A stretch of 64,000 nucleotides of DNA, from positions 8,900 to 72,899 of the forward strand of contig DAIPKA010000033.1 of assembly GCA_036769985.1 (NCBI GenBank), read 5' to 3'. Below, one piece after another: positions 36,221 through 45,899 of this stretch. The translations under genes and the position numbers were made by a program. The notes under the pieces were generated by a model. The model was given only the letters and a program-made list of their open reading frames with translations, was not told the DNA's origin and did no database searches. Source of the DNA: Candidatus Hydrogenedentota bacterium (lineage in GTDB: Bacteria; Hydrogenedentota; Hydrogenedentia; Hydrogenedentales; SLHB01). How positions within the stretch are numbered: position 1 is the stretch's first letter; the number at the start of each line of letters is the position of its first letter.

Positions 36221-37239
36221 GACGCAGCGCGCTATGCATCCTGTGCGGGCTGATGGCGGCCTCGGCCGCGGCGCGCCAACCCGACGGTACGCTCGGTGCC
36301 GTGATCACGCCGAACAACGGCGTGCCGGCGGTCCAATGCGCCGGGGGCCTCTTCGAGGTGGTCATTGCCGACCATTCGAACCTCTCGATCCATATCGCGT
36401 CCGCCGACGGGACGCGACACGCCGTCGAGATCGCCGGGCGGTCCGAGTCGGCCCACGGCCGGACGCGTCTCGAGTGTCGTATCCCGCCCGACGTGACGCC
36501 CGGAACCTACGCCGTTGAAGCCCGCGACGACGCGCGTACCGTCGATCGGACAGCGCGCGCCGTCCACGTGCTCGACGCGTTCCCCGAGCAGTACATCGTC
36601 GCGCATATCTCCGACACCCACATCGGGAAGGAGCAGACCGACCGTCCACCGGCCGACGTGTTCCGGGACGTGCTCGCATCCATCAATGAGTCCGAGCCGG
36701 CCTTCGTACTCGTCACCGGCGATCTCACCGAGGGCGGCGCCATCGAGCAGTTCCAGCGCTTCCTCGATGTGTTGGACACGTGCCAGCGGCCCACCTTCGT
36801 ATGCCCCGGAAACCATGATCGCCTCGCCCAACACTACGAGCATTTCTTCGGCCCCCTGACGTACACCTTCCGGTTCGGCCAGGATGGGTACCTCGCCTTC
36901 GACACCAAGGACTACTGCCCCGCCGACGAGCTTGGGCGCCAAGACGCCGATCTCGAGATCGCGCGCCGCGCCATCAAGCGCGCCCGGTGGTCCATCGGTT
37001 TCACGCATCGCTACGAACCCGGCATGGGGATGCGTAGCCAGATTACCCTCTTCGTCGACAATCCGCTCGACTACCTCTTGTTCGGCCACTGGCATCGCGC
37101 CAACACCGAAGACGAGAAGACTGTGCCGTGGGGATTCACTCGGATCTCGGTGGTGCCGGCCGCGTTTAACGGTCACCTCCAACTCATCGATGTCGCCCCC
37201 GCAGGAATCCGGCCCCGCCCTCCGGAGAAGGTGGACTGA
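36217..37239 (+). CDS. Secreted calcineurin-like metallophosphoesterase
   Basis: Its ATG overlaps the upstream TGA (ATGA at 36217-36220). Signal peptide MRRSALCILCGLMAASAAA. Motifs VAHISDTHIG, VLVTGDLTEGG, CPGNHD and FGHWH. Confidence 0.8.
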   Translation: MRRSALCILCGLMAASAAARQPDGTLGAVITPNNGVPAVQCAGGLFEVVIADHSNLSIHIASADGTRHAVEIAGRSESAHGRTRLECRIPPDVTPGTYAVEARDDARTVDRTARAVHVLDAFPEQYIVAHISDTHIGKEQTDRPPADVFRDVLASINESEPAFVLVTGDLTEGGAIEQFQRFLDVLDTCQRPTFVCPGNHDRLAQHYEHFFGPLTYTFRFGQDGYLAFDTKDYCPADELGRQDADLEIARRAIKRARWSIGFTHRYEPGMGMRSQITLFVDNPLDYLLFGHWHRANTEDEKTVPWGFTRISVVPAAFNGHLQLIDVAPAGIRPRPPEKVD

Positions 37240-37491
37240 CGCGCCCGGGCCTTGGAGACGGCTTCACGAGGTCGCCCGGATCCGGCGTGCTCACGCTCTG
37301 AGCCAAGCCATGGGCAAGATGCCCGTGCCACGTCACAGGAAGCCTACCTCGGCTACCGGAGGCGGTTGCCGGAATCCGGTAGCCTGAGGTCGGAAACGGG
37401 AGTCTGCCTTGTTGGGCGGAAAACGGGCGCGGACCGTGACCCAGTCTTCTGGGACGACGGTGTGCGCCTGTCTTCCTCGATCGTGCTGTGC

Positions 37492-38892
37492 TCATGCCTC
37501 TTGTGCGGCGACGATGTATTCGGGGGCGGTAGCGTCTTCAGGATAGGCCTCGATGCCCATCTCGCTCTTGTCGAGGCCGATGAACTCTTCTTCGGGCGTA
37601 ACGCGCATGCCGACCAGGGCTCTCGTCAGTCCCCAGAGGATGAAGGACGCCGCGACGGTGAACGCGGCGACGGCCAGCACGCCGATAGTCTGGACGATCA
37701 ACTGGTTGACGCCGTGGCCGTAGAAGAGGCCCGCGTCGACGCTGAACAGACCGACGGCCAACGTGCCCCAGATGCCGTTGACGAGGTGCACAGAGAGCGC
37801 ACCGACGGGATCATCAAGGCGCAGTTTGTCGAAAGTGAGTACGGCCTCGATGACGAGCACGCCGGCCACGAGACCGATCGCCACGGAACCGAAGATGCTG
37901 ACTGCGTTGCAGGGCGCCGTGATGGCCACCAATCCGGCAAGGCAGCCGTTGATGATCATGCTCAGGTCGGGCGTGCCGATACGAATCCACGCATAGGCGG
38001 TAGCGGCAGCGACCCCGGCCGCGGCGGCCATCGCGGTCGTCACGGAGATGTGGGCTATGGCCGCGCCGTCCGCCGCCATGGTGCTGCCCGGATTGAATCC
38101 GAACCAGCCGAGCCACAGGACGAGCCCGCCCAGGGTCGCCAAGGCGATGCTGTGGCCCGGAATGGCCCGAATGCTGCCGTCCTTTCCGTACTTGCCGAGC
38201 CGGGGGCCGAGAATGATGACGCCGACCAGGGCGGCCCAACCGCCAACGCTGTGGACGACCGTCGAGCCGGCGAAGTCGCCGAAGGCCGTGCCGCGAATAT
38301 CACTCAACCAACCGCCGCCCCAGATCCAGTGGCCCGTCACCGGATACATGACCGCCACCAGCAGTCCGGAGAACAGGATATATGCCTGAAACTTGATCCG
38401 TTCGGCGACGGCGCCCGAGACGATGGTGGCCGCGGTGCCCGCGAACACGAGCTGGAAGAAGAACTTCGCCTCGAGCGGGATACCCGTCCAGTTCAGGGCG
38501 CCGTACACGCCGGCATACGCGTCGCCCATGGCAGGGCTGTTGTCGGCCCCTGCCAGAAACAGGCCCTTCAGTCCGATGAGGCCCGAGCCGTCGCCGAACA
38601 TCAGGGCGAAACCCGACGCCCAGAAAGTCAGACAGGCGATGGCGAACACAATGAAATTCTTCGCGAGGATATTCACCGTGTTCTTCGATCTACAGAATCC
38701 GGATTCGACCAGGGCGAAACCGGCATTCATGAAGAACACCAGGAATCCGGCAATCATCACCCACATCGTGTCGACCATCACCTGGAGGTCGCCGCCGGAC
38801 GGCCCGTCTTCCTGGGCGGCCACGACGGGCGCCAGAATCGCCAACGCCATGATCGCCAAAAGGGCGATTCGAACTGCATTGTGCTTCAACAT
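37492..38892 (-). CDS. amtB: Ammonium transporter
   Basis: Amt family: signal-like MLKHNAVRIALLAIMALAILAPVVAA, 11 TM helices, DFAGSTVVHSVGGWAAL and LSVHLVNGIWGTL. A GAAGGA SD precedes ATG 38892; the ORF is open to 38922. Confidence 0.9.
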   Translation of the reverse strand: MLKHNAVRIALLAIMALAILAPVVAAQEDGPSGGDLQVMVDTMWVMIAGFLVFFMNAGFALVESGFCRSKNTVNILAKNFIVFAIACLTFWASGFALMFGDGSGLIGLKGLFLAGADNSPAMGDAYAGVYGALNWTGIPLEAKFFFQLVFAGTAATIVSGAVAERIKFQAYILFSGLLVAVMYPVTGHWIWGGGWLSDIRGTAFGDFAGSTVVHSVGGWAALVGVIILGPRLGKYGKDGSIRAIPGHSIALATLGGLVLWLGWFGFNPGSTMAADGAAIAHISVTTAMAAAAGVAAATAYAWIRIGTPDLSMIINGCLAGLVAITAPCNAVSIFGSVAIGLVAGVLVIEAVLTFDKLRLDDPVGALSVHLVNGIWGTLAVGLFSVDAGLFYGHGVNQLIVQTIGVLAVAAFTVAASFILWGLTRALVGMRVTPEEEFIGLDKSEMGIEAYPEDATAPEYIVAAQEA

Positions 38893-38947
38893 CGTGCTAT
38901 TCCTTCTTCTCGGGGGCGCCATGGGCGCCGATGCTTGTCCAGTCGCC

Positions 38948-39436
<489 letters not shown>

Positions 39437-39698
39437 TTACGCGTGCTGCGAAGAGGGAGCGCTCGAGTGCATGAATTATCGAGAAACGCCACGTGCGCGT
39501 ATGCCTCGGGATCCGAAACTACATTCGCGTAGGAATCCCGGAACCACCATTACGGTGGGGGATCGCGCGGCTGAGCTCACGCCGCATCAGGTGAGTATTG
39601 GTTCAGGTTCAGTTGTCTGAAGATTGTGCCAAGGCGAAGTTGAGGAAATGGTGATTTTCTGGCATCATCGTTGAACAGGACCGCAGAGGAGGAAAGCC

Positions 39699-40283
39699 AT
39701 GACGGAAGAGAATCGGCTTGGCGCTAGGATCCGGCAGTTGCGCGAAGCCCGAGATATGTCTGTCCACGATCTCGCTGAACGCAGTCAGACGCACGAGGAG
39801 GCCATCGAGCAACTCGAGGCGGGCGAGTTAGTGCCATCACTCGCGCCGCTGCTCAAGATCGCGCGGGGGCTGGACGTCCGCTTGGGGACTCTGCTGGACG
39901 ACGATCCGCACGCCTCGCCCACGGTGGTGCGCGCGGGTCAGTCCGAGGCAGTGGTGCGATTCTCGGGCCTTGGGCCGACGTGCCTGAGCACGTTGGATTT
40001 CTTTGCCCTGGCCCAGAACAAAAAAGACCGCCACATGGAACCGTTCATCATCGACGTGCATCCGTCCGTCGAGGAGGAGTGCACCTTTTCGTTCCACGAA
40101 GGCGAGGAGTTCATCTACGTTCTTGCCGGCCAGATCGAGGTGTCCTACGGCAACGATCGGTACCTTCTTGCCGTCGGCGACAGCATCTACTACGACTCGA
40201 CGACGGCGCATCAAGTCAAAGCGGCCGGGGAATCCGACGCCCGGATCCTGGCGGTGGTCTATACGCCTTTCGTGGATGCCTGA
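39699..40283 (+). CDS. XRE-family HTH transcriptional regulator with C-terminal cupin domain
   Basis: AGAGGAGGA SD. N-terminal HTH_3 ([23 protein letters not shown]), C-terminal cupin ([28 protein letters not shown]). Confidence 0.8.
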   Translation: MTEENRLGARIRQLREARDMSVHDLAERSQTHEEAIEQLEAGELVPSLAPLLKIARGLDVRLGTLLDDDPHASPTVVRAGQSEAVVRFSGLGPTCLSTLDFFALAQNKKDRHMEPFIIDVHPSVEEECTFSFHEGEEFIYVLAGQIEVSYGNDRYLLAVGDSIYYDSTTAHQVKAAGESDARILAVVYTPFVDA

Positions 40284-40423
40284 GCGTCGCATCGCTGGCG
40301 CGTGCGTCCTTCGAGACAAACCTGCTATGCTCTCATCCGGCTGCGGAGCATGCCTTCGGCCAATCACGCATGATGTTCTTCGACGGGGCAAGCAGTCTCC
40401 CGTCGTCGAGAAAGGAACCCGCC

Positions 40424-41692
40424 ATGACTACGGACGCCACGGTTCAGAAGGCCTATGATCTCGCCCGAGCGCACTACGCCGAATGGGGCGTCGATACGGA
40501 CGCGGTGATGAGGCGCCTCGAAGGAATTCCGGTGTCGATGCACTGTTGGCAGGGCGACGACGTCGGTGGGTTCGAGTGCGTTGAGGCCGTGGATGGCGGC
40601 GGCATTCAGGCCACGGGAAACTACCCCGGCAAGGCGCGCACGGCCGATGAACTCCGCGCCGACGCCGAGAAGGCCTTCCGTCTAATCCCAGGGCGGCATC
40701 GCTTCAGCCTGCACGCCTGCTATGCCGAGACCGGCGGCGTGCGCGTCGATCGCGACGCATTGCAGCCCGAGCACTTCGCCGCGTGGATTGATTGGGCGAA
40801 GGCCGTCGGGATCGGTATCGACTTCAACCCGACATTCTTCGCCCATCCCAAGGCCGATGGCGGATTCACGCTGGCCAGCTACGACAAGGGCATCCGCGAC
40901 TTCTGGGTCGAACACGGCATCGCCTGCCGCAAGATCGGCGCACATATCGGCCGGGCCCTGGGGAGTGCCGCGGTCACCAACGTCTGGATTCCGGACGGTT
41001 ACAAGGATATCCCCGTGGACCGCCGGGCGCCGCGCGAGTTGCTCCGCGATTCCCTCGATCGGATATTCGCCGAGGATATCGATCCGAGGTACAACCTCGA
41101 CGCCGTCGAGAGCAAGCTGTTTGGCATCGGCTCGGAGAGTTACGTGGTCGGGTCGCATGAGTTCTACCTCGCGTACGCCGTCCAGCGCGGCAAGCTGCTT
41201 TGTCTCGATGCCGGACACTTTCATCCCACCGAGGTCATCTCCGACAAGCTCTCGGCCGTGCTCAGCTTCCTGGACGAGGTCTTGCTCCACGTGAGTCGGG
41301 GCGTACGGTGGGACAGCGACCACGTGATCATCCTCTCCGACGAACTGCGCGCTATCGCCCAGGAACTGGTCCGAGGCGACTATCTCGATCGGGTCCACAT
41401 CGGCCTCGATTTCTTTGACGCCAGCATCAACCGGATCGCGGCATGGGTTATCGGGACGCGCAACATGATCAAGGCGCTCCTGCTGGCCTTGCTCGAGCCA
41501 ACGGATCGGTTGCGGCAACTCGAGGTGGGCGGCGATTTCACCTCGCGGCTGGCCCTGCTGGAGGAACTGAAGACCTTGCCCGCCGGCGCGGTCTGGGATT
41601 TCTACTGCGCGCAGCACGGGGTTCCCGCCGGCGCGGCCTGGCTGGACGAGGTCAAGCGGTACGAAGCAGACGTGCTGTCCGCGCGCGGATGA
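40424..41692 (+). CDS. rhaA: L-rhamnose isomerase
   Basis: 422 aa. The N-terminus [51 protein letters not shown] is closely colinear with E. coli RhaA (..[17 protein letters not shown]). The supplied ORF start at 39980 is an out-of-context extension that overlaps the regulator gene. Confidence 0.85.
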   Translation: MTTDATVQKAYDLARAHYAEWGVDTDAVMRRLEGIPVSMHCWQGDDVGGFECVEAVDGGGIQATGNYPGKARTADELRADAEKAFRLIPGRHRFSLHACYAETGGVRVDRDALQPEHFAAWIDWAKAVGIGIDFNPTFFAHPKADGGFTLASYDKGIRDFWVEHGIACRKIGAHIGRALGSAAVTNVWIPDGYKDIPVDRRAPRELLRDSLDRIFAEDIDPRYNLDAVESKLFGIGSESYVVGSHEFYLAYAVQRGKLLCLDAGHFHPTEVISDKLSAVLSFLDEVLLHVSRGVRWDSDHVIILSDELRAIAQELVRGDYLDRVHIGLDFFDASINRIAAWVIGTRNMIKALLLALLEPTDRLRQLEVGGDFTSRLALLEELKTLPAGAVWDFYCAQHGVPAGAAWLDEVKRYEADVLSARG

Positions 41693-41722
41693 CGTGCGCG
41701 AAGGCGCGGGAGAGGACACGCG

Positions 41723-42625
41723 ATGTACGAAGAGGCTATTCGCATTGGGACCTTGGTATCCGGCGGCGACGGCGGCCGGAACACCGCCGGCTACATTCGG
41801 CAAATCCTGCCGCACGGATTCGAGTCGTTCAGCATCACCTTCTGGCAGGTGCTCGGGCCGGTCGACCTTGATCGGCTCGCCGACGAGGTGCGCGGCGTCC
41901 TGGCCGATAGCGGCGCCGTGATCAGTAGCCTCGGTATCTTCGGCAATCCCCTCGAAACGAACGAGACGGCCGAAGCCACGCGCGACGGCTGGCGTCGCCT
42001 CATCGACGCCGCGCCGAGGTTCGGGTGCGATATCGTGGCGGGCTTTGCCGGGCGGCTGGTCGACCGGCGCATCGACGAGAGCGTGCCTCGTTTCGTTGAG
42101 ATCTTCATGCCGTTGGCTGAACGGGCCGCCGAGAAGGGCGTTCGTTTGGCATTTGAGAACTGCGATATGGGCGGCACCTGGGAGCGGGGCGACTGGAATA
42201 TGGCCCAGATCCCGGCCGCCTGGGATCTCATGTTCGAGGCCTTGCCGATGTCGAACATCGGCCTCGAGTGGGAGCCGTGTCATCAGATGGTCAAGCTGAT
42301 CGATCCGATGCCTCAACTGCGCCGCTACGTCTCGCGCATCTTCCACGTCCACGGCAAAGACGCCACCATCCTCTGGGATGTCGTACGCGAGCAGGGCATC
42401 TTCGGCGGCCAACCGTTCGCCTTTCACCGGACCCCCGGCTTTGGCGACAGCAACTGGGCGGACATCATCTCCGAACTGCGGCGCGGTGGATTCCGCGGCA
42501 GCATCGACATCGAGGGATGGCATGATCCCGTGTACCGCGAGGCCCTCGAGATGACCGGACAGGTGCACGGGCTCAACTACCTCAAGCGATGTCGCGGCGG
42601 CGACTACGTGCCCAACCCGTCTTGA
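41723..42625 (+). CDS. Sugar phosphate isomerase/epimerase (xylose-isomerase-like TIM barrel)
   Basis: 300 aa with a GGGAGAGGA SD. AP-endonuclease-2/TIM-barrel pattern (LAFENC, GLEWEPCH, HVHGKD, IDIEGWHD). Confidence 0.7.
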   Translation: MYEEAIRIGTLVSGGDGGRNTAGYIRQILPHGFESFSITFWQVLGPVDLDRLADEVRGVLADSGAVISSLGIFGNPLETNETAEATRDGWRRLIDAAPRFGCDIVAGFAGRLVDRRIDESVPRFVEIFMPLAERAAEKGVRLAFENCDMGGTWERGDWNMAQIPAAWDLMFEALPMSNIGLEWEPCHQMVKLIDPMPQLRRYVSRIFHVHGKDATILWDVVREQGIFGGQPFAFHRTPGFGDSNWADIISELRRGGFRGSIDIEGWHDPVYREALEMTGQVHGLNYLKRCRGGDYVPNPS

Positions 42626-42638
42626 TCCGATTCCGGCT

Positions 42639-44846
42639 ATGGATGACACATCGCGAACGTTGCGCGGAAACAGCGAATGCCCTGCCGGGCGTGGACGTCT
42701 TGTGCGACGTCTCGTCGAGACCGTTGTCGTTCTGACGATCACCGTGGGGCTGCTGGCGGCGCTCGAGGTCGGGCTGCGGCTGGCCCGGTTCGGGTACCCG
42801 ACCTCGTTTGCGCTCGAACAGCCTGTCCAGGGCGAGGCCGCGTACGTCAACAACGTGCGTTTCACTTGGCGGTACTTGCCCAAGGCGATGGCGCGCGAGT
42901 CGTGGCCCTTCACGATACCGGTGCGCAAAAGCGAGCGGACGTGCCGGGTCTTCGTTCTGGGGGGATCGGCCGCCCACGGCACACCCGCGCCCGCCTTTGG
43001 CTTGGCGCGTATGCTCAATGCCCAACTTGAGGCCGAGTTTCCGGACGTCCGGTTCGAGGTGGTGAACGCCGCCCTCGTCGCCGTCAACTCCCATGTGGTG
43101 CTGGATATTGCCCGCGACTGCGCCGAACTCGATCCCGACCTGTTCGTCGTCTACCTCGGCAACAACGAAGTCGTTGGCCCCTTCGGCGCTGGCACGGTGT
43201 TCGATCCCCTGGTGTCGAGTCGGACGTTGATCCGTGCGCGGCTTCTCGCAACGGCGACGCGTGTCGGCCAGTGGCTCGACACGCTTCGCGACCGCGCAGG
43301 TCATTCGCCGTCGGGGCCGTGGCGTGGTATGCAGATGTTTCTCGACCACCAAGTGCCGGCCGATGCGCCCGCCCTCGATACGGTGTACCGCCATTTCGAA
43401 GAGAACCTTGACGCCTTGTGCGCCTTGGCCGAACGACAGCGTATCCCAACGCTGCTGTGCACGGTAGCCGTGAACCTCCGCGACTGTCCGCCCTTCGCCT
43501 CGCAACACAAACGAGGTCTGGCCGCCGATGCCGAGGCGCAGTGGAATGCCCTTTATGAACAGGCGACGGCGTGCGAAGCCTCCGGCGACTCTGCGTCGGC
43601 GGTGGATCGCTGCGGCGAGGCGCTCGAGATCGACGCCGCGCACGCCGCGCTCCAGTTCCGCATGGCGCGCGCCCTTTCGAGTCTCGGCCGCGACGAGGAG
43701 GCCGGCGATCATTTCCGCCAGGCGCGTGAGCTCGATACCCTCCGATTCCGGGCCGATGCGCGCATCAACGCGATCATTCGAGCTGCTGCCGCGCGCGAGA
43801 GAGGACATCACGTGCGCCTCGTGGATGTCGAGGACGCCTTCGGTCAGGCCAGTCCTCACGGCCTGCCGGGCAACGAGTTCTTCCACGAGCACGTTCACCT
43901 CAACCTTGCGGGAAACCACCTCCTGGCGACAACCATCCTCGGGGAGGCCGTGGACGCGCTGCGCGATCGGTTCGGCACGGAGACCGGTGTGATCCTCGGC
44001 GTCCATGCCTGCGCCGAACGCCTCGCGTACACACAATGGGACGAATACAACGTGCAGGAGTTCATGCTGAACCGTTTCCTTGCGCGTCCTCCATTCACGA
44101 ACCAAATCGATCACGAGGCCCGTCTGCACGAGCGACTCGTCGCCTTCGCCGATCTCTGTAACACAATCACGCCCGACGTCGTCCAGGGCATCGATGAGCA
44201 ATACAAGCAGGCCGTCGGTGAATACCCCAAGGACTGCGACATCCGGTGCAACTATGCCCAGTTCCTCGATACTGCCCTGGCGCGGTACGAGGACGCCTGC
44301 GCACAACTGACCCGGTCGCTCGTGGCGCGTCCCAACGATGTGGCGGGCCTACATCTCTTGGCCGGAATCCTGCTACACGCCGGGCGGCCGGTCGAGGCCG
44401 TGCAGGCCGCCGAACGGGCAGTATCGCTACGGCCCTACGACGCGGAGGTCCGTCAAGGGCTGGCCCTGGCCCTGGCGCGTTCGGGCGAGACCGAGCGAGC
44501 CATCTTCGCGTTCCGCGAAGCGCTCCACCTCGATCCCGAGTACGTCGACGCCCACGTGAATCTGGGCATTGCCTTGGCCAAGCAAGGCCGTCACAGCGAG
44601 GCCGTTGCCGAGTACCAAGCCGTACTGGAATGGATGCCGGAGTCCGTGGACGCCCTGGTGTATTGCGGTCTATCGTTGCGGGAGCTCGGGCGATTCGACG
44701 AAGCGATCCAGTCCTTCCGGCGGGCGCTCGAACTCAATCCGGCCCATCCCACCGTGCGCGTCGATATGGATAAGACGCTCGAAATGGTGCACAATAGCGC
44801 GACTCCGAACGCGTCGAGTCCGGAGCACCCAACCAACCCTGACTGA
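42639..44846 (+). CDS. Membrane-anchored SGNH-like domain / TPR-repeat protein
   Basis: N-terminal TM helix (VVVLTITVGLLAALEVGL). SGNH-like blocks VFVLGGSAAHG and VVYLGNNEV; this domain call is tentative. The C-terminal third has clear TPR repeats (e.g. EAVQAAERAVSLRPYDAEVRQGLALALARSGE.., AIQSFRRALELNPAHP). Confidence 0.6.
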   Translation: MDDTSRTLRGNSECPAGRGRLVRRLVETVVVLTITVGLLAALEVGLRLARFGYPTSFALEQPVQGEAAYVNNVRFTWRYLPKAMARESWPFTIPVRKSERTCRVFVLGGSAAHGTPAPAFGLARMLNAQLEAEFPDVRFEVVNAALVAVNSHVVLDIARDCAELDPDLFVVYLGNNEVVGPFGAGTVFDPLVSSRTLIRARLLATATRVGQWLDTLRDRAGHSPSGPWRGMQMFLDHQVPADAPALDTVYRHFEENLDALCALAERQRIPTLLCTVAVNLRDCPPFASQHKRGLAADAEAQWNALYEQATACEASGDSASAVDRCGEALEIDAAHAALQFRMARALSSLGRDEEAGDHFRQARELDTLRFRADARINAIIRAAAARERGHHVRLVDVEDAFGQASPHGLPGNEFFHEHVHLNLAGNHLLATTILGEAVDALRDRFGTETGVILGVHACAERLAYTQWDEYNVQEFMLNRFLARPPFTNQIDHEARLHERLVAFADLCNTITPDVVQGIDEQYKQAVGEYPKDCDIRCNYAQFLDTALARYEDACAQLTRSLVARPNDVAGLHLLAGILLHAGRPVEAVQAAERAVSLRPYDAEVRQGLALALARSGETERAIFAFREALHLDPEYVDAHVNLGIALAKQGRHSEAVAEYQAVLEWMPESVDALVYCGLSLRELGRFDEAIQSFRRALELNPAHPTVRVDMDKTLEMVHNSATPNASSPEHPTNPD

Positions 44847-44855
44847 GGACCTGCA

Positions 44856-45899
44856 ATGAAGGCATACGGAATCACGCTGAATTGGCTTGCGGCGATCGGC
44901 GTAGCGATGTGTGGCGCGGCCTGTGCCCAGGACGCGGCCGAGCAAGCGCTCCGCGACGAGCTGCGCGCCGTCTCGCACCGGATCCTGTTCGAGCGCTACG
45001 ACGACAACAACTGGGAACTGTACATCATGAACGCGGACGGATCCGATGCGTTCAACCTGACACAGACGCCGGATAGCCACGAGCTGTATCCACAAGCCTC
45101 GCCCGATGGCCGGCGCATCTGCTTCCTCTTGGATGTCGAGCGCGCCGGCGACACGATCCGGAGCGTGTATTACATGAACGCGGACGGATCCGGCCGCACA
45201 TGCGTTGCCGAGAAGGTGCGGCAGCCCTGCTGGAGTCCGGACGGCAAAACGATCGCCTTCGTGAAACAGGAGTTCGATCGGTTCAAGACCACGGACTTCG
45301 CCAGCAAGCGGCTGTATCTCTACGACCTCGAGAGCGGTGCGACCACCGAGCATCCCAACGCGGCGATTGAACATCTCTACAATCTGTCCTGGGCGGCCGA
45401 CGGCCGCTGGATCGTGTCGACCGTGCACGCCGGGATGGGGCTCAGCCACGGCATCGTGGCCATCGAGATCGGCGGCATGCGTGTCGTGAATCTGAATGTC
45501 GGCGGATGCCGCCCGTGTGTGAGTCCTGACGGCAGCGCCCTGACGTGGAGCACCAACGACCACACGATCGAACGGGCCAGCATCGATTTCGGCGGCGATG
45601 AGCCCAAGGTGAGCAACCTGGCCGACGTGTATCACGAGGAAGAGACGCACCTCTACCATCCGGACTTCTCGCCCGATGGAAAGTATATTACCTTCAGCGG
45701 GGGACCGGGCGGGCGCATGCCGGCGGCAGGCCCCGGAACCCATGTCGACGTCGCCGAGATGGTTGGCGTGTGCGGCGTGTGGGACGTTTACCTCAAGCGG
45801 GCCGACGGCACGGGTCCCGTCATCCGCCTCACTCAGGAGCCTCGCAAATCGAACAAGGAATCGGAATGGCTGCCCGGCCGCACGGGAGATTCGAAATGA
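44856..45899 (+). CDS. TolB-like PD40 beta-propeller repeat protein
   Basis: Signal peptide (LNWLAAIGVAMCGAACA). PD40 repeats: YIMNADGSDAFNLT, ASPDGRRICF, WSPDGKTIAF, VSPDGSALTW, FSPDGKYITF. Confidence 0.75.
   Translation: MKAYGITLNWLAAIGVAMCGAACAQDAAEQALRDELRAVSHRILFERYDDNNWELYIMNADGSDAFNLTQTPDSHELYPQASPDGRRICFLLDVERAGDTIRSVYYMNADGSGRTCVAEKVRQPCWSPDGKTIAFVKQEFDRFKTTDFASKRLYLYDLESGATTEHPNAAIEHLYNLSWAADGRWIVSTVHAGMGLSHGIVAIEIGGMRVVNLNVGGCRPCVSPDGSALTWSTNDHTIERASIDFGGDEPKVSNLADVYHEEETHLYHPDFSPDGKYITFSGGPGGRMPAAGPGTHVDVAEMVGVCGVWDVYLKRADGTGPVIRLTQEPRKSNKESEWLPGRTGDSK

Noticed and set aside
37351-37384. 9-bp-stem hairpin GGCTACCGG..CCGGTAGCC between the convergent phosphoesterase and amtB genes as a terminator
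   Set aside because: No U-tract follows on either strand, the 16-nt loop is large, and alternative pairing exists (CCGGAATCCGG). I cannot support calling it an intrinsic terminator.
39980-40423. N-terminal 148-codon extension of the rhaA ORF (and similar extensions of the ORFs at 3862, 38948-39406, 60760, 60066, 57506 and 45770)
   Set aside because: The extensions overlap upstream genes or are non-homologous and basic. Internal ATGs with good SD sequences coincide with the family-typical N-termini.
40682-44306. 801-aa (40682-43087) and 574-aa (42582-44306) minus-strand ORFs
   Set aside because: They are antisense to rhaA, the TIM-barrel gene and the TPR gene, all of which have clear homology-type motifs and SD sequences. 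The translations are Arg/Pro/Gly-rich and featureless. These are GC-content artefacts.
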